Shown: positions 53,939 to 57,702 of the stretch, piece by piece
How the letters are laid out: every line of letters starts with the position of its first letter
Position numbering within the stretch: position 1 is the stretch's first letter
Virus record (IMG/VR): IMGVR_UViG_3300028802_000206
Coordinates: 1 to 57,702 of that record
Length of the DNA: 57,702 nt
Direction: 5' to 3' (one strand)
From: a virus
Lineage: Duplodnaviria; Caudoviricetes
Program-made: the position numbers and the translations under genes
The notes under the pieces: model-generated
Told to the model about the DNA's origin: nothing
Databases searched by the model: none
Seen by the model: the letters and a program-made list of their open reading frames with translations, nothing else

Positions 53939-54888
53939 TGTCGATTGAACGCCATGCCATCGTCTCACGCGACCAATGGCTCAACGAACTTCGCCCCCCC
54001 TTTGTTACGGCCAGCGTTGCCGGCGCCACGATTGATGTACACGACTTCATCACGCCTTTCGAATTATGGAGCTTGAAATCCGGCCTGATTACCGATGATC
54101 CGGAAGTTACGCCGGCCATGGAGCGCGGCACCATTCTGGAAGGGCCGGCCTTTGAGCTACTGAAGCGCGACTTTCCAGAACTTCAAATCCGATGGAACGG
54201 AACCCCAGGAAAGGTTGACGGCGAGTTCTTCTGCGATCCCGTCGACCGCATCGGCGCCACGCCCGATGCTTTCGCGACGTGTCCGCAGCGCGGGCCCGGG
54301 ACTATTCAGGTGAAGTCCGTTGAAGCCTCGGCCTTTCGTAAAAAGTGGACCGACCCGAATACGGGCGACGTGGCGCCGCCGCTGGGAATAGCCATCCAAA
54401 CAATCTTAGAAGCCCACTTGACCAACAGCAATTGGTGCGCCGTCGCCGCGCTCGTAGTTAGCCACGGCATCGACCTCCACATGGTTCCAGTGCCGATCCA
54501 CCAGGGCGTGATTGATCGTATTCGTGTCGCCGTCACCGAGTTCTGGAAGATGGTCGCCGAGGGACGGCCACCACCGGTGGATTATGCGCGCGATGGCGAA
54601 TTGCTCGCCCGCCTCTATCCCCAGGACAATGGGGCGGAGATCGACCTCACCAGCGACAACCACGCTCCGCAGCTCGTGGCCGACCTCGAGCGCGCGCGCG
54701 CCGACAAGAAGGATGCCGAGACGCGCGAGAAGGTCGCCAAAACCGGCATCAACGAGAAGATGGGCCCTGCCCGCTTCGCGCGCCTCGCCGACGGCCGGCG
54801 CATCAGCAACGCCACCATAGACCGCAAAGCGTTCGAGGTCGCGGCGACGAGTTTCCGGATGATCAAAATTTTGGGGAGGGCAGCATGA
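53935..54888 (+). CDS. YqaJ-like (lambda Exo-type) recombination exonuclease
   Basis: WL...R...TAS, MERG..LE, GATPD, IQVK motifs. Confidence 0.85.
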   Translation: MMSIERHAIVSRDQWLNELRPPFVTASVAGATIDVHDFITPFELWSLKSGLITDDPEVTPAMERGTILEGPAFELLKRDFPELQIRWNGTPGKVDGEFFCDPVDRIGATPDAFATCPQRGPGTIQVKSVEASAFRKKWTDPNTGDVAPPLGIAIQTILEAHLTNSNWCAVAALVVSHGIDLHMVPVPIHQGVIDRIRVAVTEFWKMVAEGRPPPVDYARDGELLARLYPQDNGAEIDLTSDNHAPQLVADLERARADKKDAETREKVAKTGINEKMGPARFARLADGRRISNATIDRKAFEVAATSFRMIKILGRAA

Positions 54889-55793
54889 ACGCGCCAATCA
54901 AGACGCCGGCGATTGGCGACAACCGGCCCGCGCTAATCACCGTCGACCAGCTGGCGAAGGACTTCGCGCACATTGAGGCATTCGTCGCAGGGCTTGAGGC
55001 TGCAGCGAAGGACGTTGCCCCCGTCGTTGAAGACGACGACGACCTCGCAATCGTCAATGCGCTGGTGCCCGAACTTCGCAATGGCGCCAAGCGTTGCGAC
55101 GAGGTGCGAGAGGCGGAGAAGCGGCCCTACCTCGACGCCGGCACCACGGTGCAAACCTTCTTCAAGGCGTTTGAAACCCGGCTCTTGACACTCAAGACCG
55201 ATCTCGAGAGCCGCGGCGGCCGATACCTCAAGAAGAAGGCCGACGCCGAGCGCATCGCGCGCGAGGAAGAAGCCCGCAAAGCCCGCGAGGAAGAAGCTCG
55301 CCAGCGCGCTGCAGCCGAAGCCGCGGAGGCCGCAGCACGGCGCGCGCGCGAAGCCGCTGAGAAGGCGGAGGCTGACCGCGCCAAGGCCGCAGCGATGGCC
55401 GATGCGAGGGCGCTGGAGAAAGCAGCACAGGCGAAGGCCGCAGCTGATGCTGAGGTCGCCGCAGCGACGGCGCGCGCGCAGGCCGAGCAGAAAGCCGCCC
55501 GCGAAGCGACGGCCCAGACCGCGGCGACAGAAAAGGCCGCAACGGCAAAGCCCGCGGACCTCGCACGTACGCACACCGCCGGCGGGACGAGCACCTTGCT
55601 CGAAGCCTTCGAGCCGAAGGTCGCCGACTTCACGAAGGTCGATTTGCTCGCGATCCGGGCCTTCATTCGAGAAGACGAGATCATGTTGGCGCTACGCGCC
55701 TACGCGCGCGCGAACAAGGACGAGCTCAAAGCCGGCCGCGCCAAGATCGACGGCGTGACGTTCGTGCTCACCACGAAAGGAAGTTTTCGATGA
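54885..55793 (+). CDS. Coiled-coil hypothetical protein of the recombination module
   Basis: IGDNRP, R..EK.PYL..G..V..FF, Ala/Glu-rich helix, IDGV.F motifs. Confidence 0.65.
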   Translation: MNAPIKTPAIGDNRPALITVDQLAKDFAHIEAFVAGLEAAAKDVAPVVEDDDDLAIVNALVPELRNGAKRCDEVREAEKRPYLDAGTTVQTFFKAFETRLLTLKTDLESRGGRYLKKKADAERIAREEEARKAREEEARQRAAAEAAEAAARRAREAAEKAEADRAKAAAMADARALEKAAQAKAAADAEVAAATARAQAEQKAAREATAQTAATEKAATAKPADLARTHTAGGTSTLLEAFEPKVADFTKVDLLAIRAFIREDEIMLALRAYARANKDELKAGRAKIDGVTFVLTTKGSFR

Positions 55794-56785
55794 CCACCAC
55801 CGAAGTCGCAGTCCAGCAGCCTAGCAACGTCGCAGCGTTGCCGACGCGCCATCTCGTGCCATCAACCGATCTGTTCTCCGACCCAGCGGCCTTCGAACAC
55901 GCGCAGCGAGTTGCCAAGGTCTTTGCCTCGTCAAAACTCGTCCCGCAACACATGCAGGGCAACACGGCCGACTGTCTTATTGCGCTCCAGATCGCACGCA
56001 GGCTCAACGAAGAGCCTCTGACGGTCATGCAGCAAATCTACATCGTGAACGGCCGCCCCGGTTGGTACACGAGCTACATGATTTCGCGCGTCAACCGCGC
56101 GGGGATATTCAAAGGCCCCATCACATGGGAAGAGGCGGGTGAGGGCGACGCGCTCACTGTGACTGCAAAGGCAGTGCTCGCAGCCACTGGAGAAGAAATC
56201 CGCGCGTCTGCGGACATGCGTATGGCGGCCGCCGAGGGATGGACCAAAAACGCCAAATATCGGTCGATGCCGGCCCACATGCTTCGCTGGCGCTCGGCCG
56301 CGATGCTGATCCGCCTTTACGCCCCCGAGGTCATGCTCGGCATGCCGGCCGTCGAAGAACTCGAGACGATGCCGAAGATGCGGGACGTGACGCCTGCGAA
56401 AAACCTCGCCGATAAACTCGACGAGCTCGCCAAAATCCCCGCCAAGGCCGAGACGCACGACCCCGACACCGGCGAAATCACCGACGAGCAAGGTTCGGAG
56501 CAGGAAGCGCCGAACGCACCTGCGACGGGCCAGCCGGCTTCCGATCCTGATCCCTCCCAAAGGAAATCAGAACAACCGGGAGCCGGCGCGGCCTCTGCTG
56601 CTGCCTATCTGCAAGACACGCAAGCATGGATCGAAAACCTGCTCGACGCCGATGCTGGCGAGAAGCGATGGAAAGCCGAGAAGGCGCAGCGGAACAAGCT
56701 GAACGTCGATCCTGACGACCGCGACCGGCTCGACGCCAAGCTCAAGGCAAAAATCGCATCGCTACGCATCGGGGCCGCGTACTGA
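55790..56785 (+). CDS. RecT/Redbeta-like single-strand annealing protein
   Basis: A.S.LVP...QGN.ADCLIA, MQ.IY.V.GRP, A.AEGW..N.KY..MP..ML..R motifs; downstream of YqaJ. Confidence 0.75.
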   Translation: MTTTEVAVQQPSNVAALPTRHLVPSTDLFSDPAAFEHAQRVAKVFASSKLVPQHMQGNTADCLIALQIARRLNEEPLTVMQQIYIVNGRPGWYTSYMISRVNRAGIFKGPITWEEAGEGDALTVTAKAVLAATGEEIRASADMRMAAAEGWTKNAKYRSMPAHMLRWRSAAMLIRLYAPEVMLGMPAVEELETMPKMRDVTPAKNLADKLDELAKIPAKAETHDPDTGEITDEQGSEQEAPNAPATGQPASDPDPSQRKSEQPGAGAASAAAYLQDTQAWIENLLDADAGEKRWKAEKAQRNKLNVDPDDRDRLDAKLKAKIASLRIGAAY

Positions 56786-56801
56786 ATCGGTGGGTGCTGC
56801 G

Positions 56802-57083
56802 ATGACCGAACATGATCTGCGAGCGGCATTGGACGGGGCACTGTCGGTCGACAGACCATTTTTGCGAACGTTGCTCACCAAATTCGAGGAACTTCAGTTT
56901 CTGCTTAACGACTCGGTGCTGCGCTGCGCCAGCCTGCGCGGGAGACGGCTAACTGGCGACGGTGAACTGGCGGTGTATCTCTCGCCCGGCGGCCGAGTGC
57001 TGAAGGTAGCAGCGCTGTTTAGTGACCCCGACTTCAGAACAACCGTGACCTACCGACTGCCACCCGAGTATTGGCCGAAATGA
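56802..57083 (+). CDS. Hypothetical protein
   Basis: ORF with ATGA coupling to the next gene. Confidence 0.45.
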   Translation: MTEHDLRAALDGALSVDRPFLRTLLTKFEELQFLLNDSVLRCASLRGRRLTGDGELAVYLSPGGRVLKVAALFSDPDFRTTVTYRLPPEYWPK

Positions 57084-57487
57084 CCGAACCCACGAACATG
57101 CGCACGCCCTACGTGACAGTCATTGTGCTCGCCCTGATCCCGCTCGGGCTGTTCGCGATCGGGAGCTACGGCAAGCCGCAGAAGCCACCGGTGCCGATCG
57201 AGCAGGCGACCATACTGCGCGCGGTCAAGACCGACAGCTTTCGCGCGCCGCCAGCAGTCACCGCCACACCGTTCACGCCGGTCCTAGTCGATCGTCCGGT
57301 CGTGACGGAGGAGGCCCGGTCCATCCCCGCCCCCGGACCTCCTCCACCTCAGTCAGTCAAGAAGAAGGTCCGGCTGGCATACCGGTCGGACGATATCTGC
57401 ACGAAGCACGGCCTCCGCCGCGTGGATTACGGCCGCCGCTGGCGGTGTAGAAAGATAATTCAACCCAGAAGGACTATCACCCCATGA
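57080..57487 (+). CDS. Membrane-anchored hypothetical protein
   Basis: N-terminal TM, Pro-rich linker, DIC..HG.R......WRC motif. Confidence 0.6.
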   Translation: MTEPTNMRTPYVTVIVLALIPLGLFAIGSYGKPQKPPVPIEQATILRAVKTDSFRAPPAVTATPFTPVLVDRPVVTEEARSIPAPGPPPPQSVKKKVRLAYRSDDICTKHGLRRVDYGRRWRCRKIIQPRRTITP

Positions 57488-57702
57488 GAAACCTACTCGC
57501 TACCACAGCCGTCTTACTCGCCATGGCGGCACCCGCGAAGGCCGACGCCGTCAACAACCTGACCATCAGTGCGCTGCCAAACCCGGTGCCGCAGTCGCAG
57601 TCGAACCCGTGCGTGATCTGCGCGACCATGAGCCAGCAGCCCGCTGGCTTTGGTTTCAACAACTTCAACTCGACCGGCAACGATAGCAGCTTCAACCTGT
57701 TC
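57484..57702 (+). CDS. N-terminal part (signal peptide) of the PEP-CTERM-like protein; runs off the window end
   Basis: ATGA-coupled start; MRNLLATTAVLLAMAAPAKA|DAVNNLTISALPNPVPQSQSNPCVICAT...SFNLF; no stop codon. Confidence 0.75.
   Translation, partial: MRNLLATTAVLLAMAAPAKADAVNNLTISALPNPVPQSQSNPCVICATMSQQPAGFGFNNFNSTGNDSSFNLF

Larger units (their letters stand above)
1..57702. mobile_element. Temperate tailed phage genome (lambda-like head, Mu-like contractile tail), probably near-complete and circular
   Basis: Integrase, repressor switch, replication, packaging, head, tail and lysis modules are all present. No host housekeeping genes are seen. The two ends appear to join inside one gene. 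Confidence 0.95.

Overview
The whole window is a temperate tailed phage, most likely a near-complete circular or excised genome. One secreted-protein gene appears to run off the right end and resume at base 2, and a putative intact attP lies next to the integrase. The likely host is a high-GC Alphaproteobacterium (Hyphomicrobiales/Bradyrhizobium-like); this is inferred from the GcrA homolog and the VPGPIVGAGLPGL sorting tail. Layout: xis-int and attP (1.7-3.6 kb); then, on the minus strand, lysis genes, many tail fibre/collagen genes, a Mu-like contractile tail and baseplate, a lambda-like head (E, D, Clp protease, portal B, W, GpA terminase), a moron/HicAB island, a putative cos site, and replication and early genes (Twinkle-like primase-helicase, DUF1376, RusA, MTase, SNF2, GcrA); a cro/cI switch with readable operators; then a plus-strand early operon (YqaJ, RecT-like, PEP-CTERM-like, Acb2/Tad1-like). 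The genome carries many selfish elements: an ORF-less group I intron in the tail sheath gene next to a free-standing GIY-YIG gene, an intein in the terminase, an HNH-AP2 gene at the endolysin start, and a decayed LAGLIDADG gene that appears to have replaced the 3' end of a putative anti-defence gene. All family assignments come from motif recognition by eye; no database search was run.
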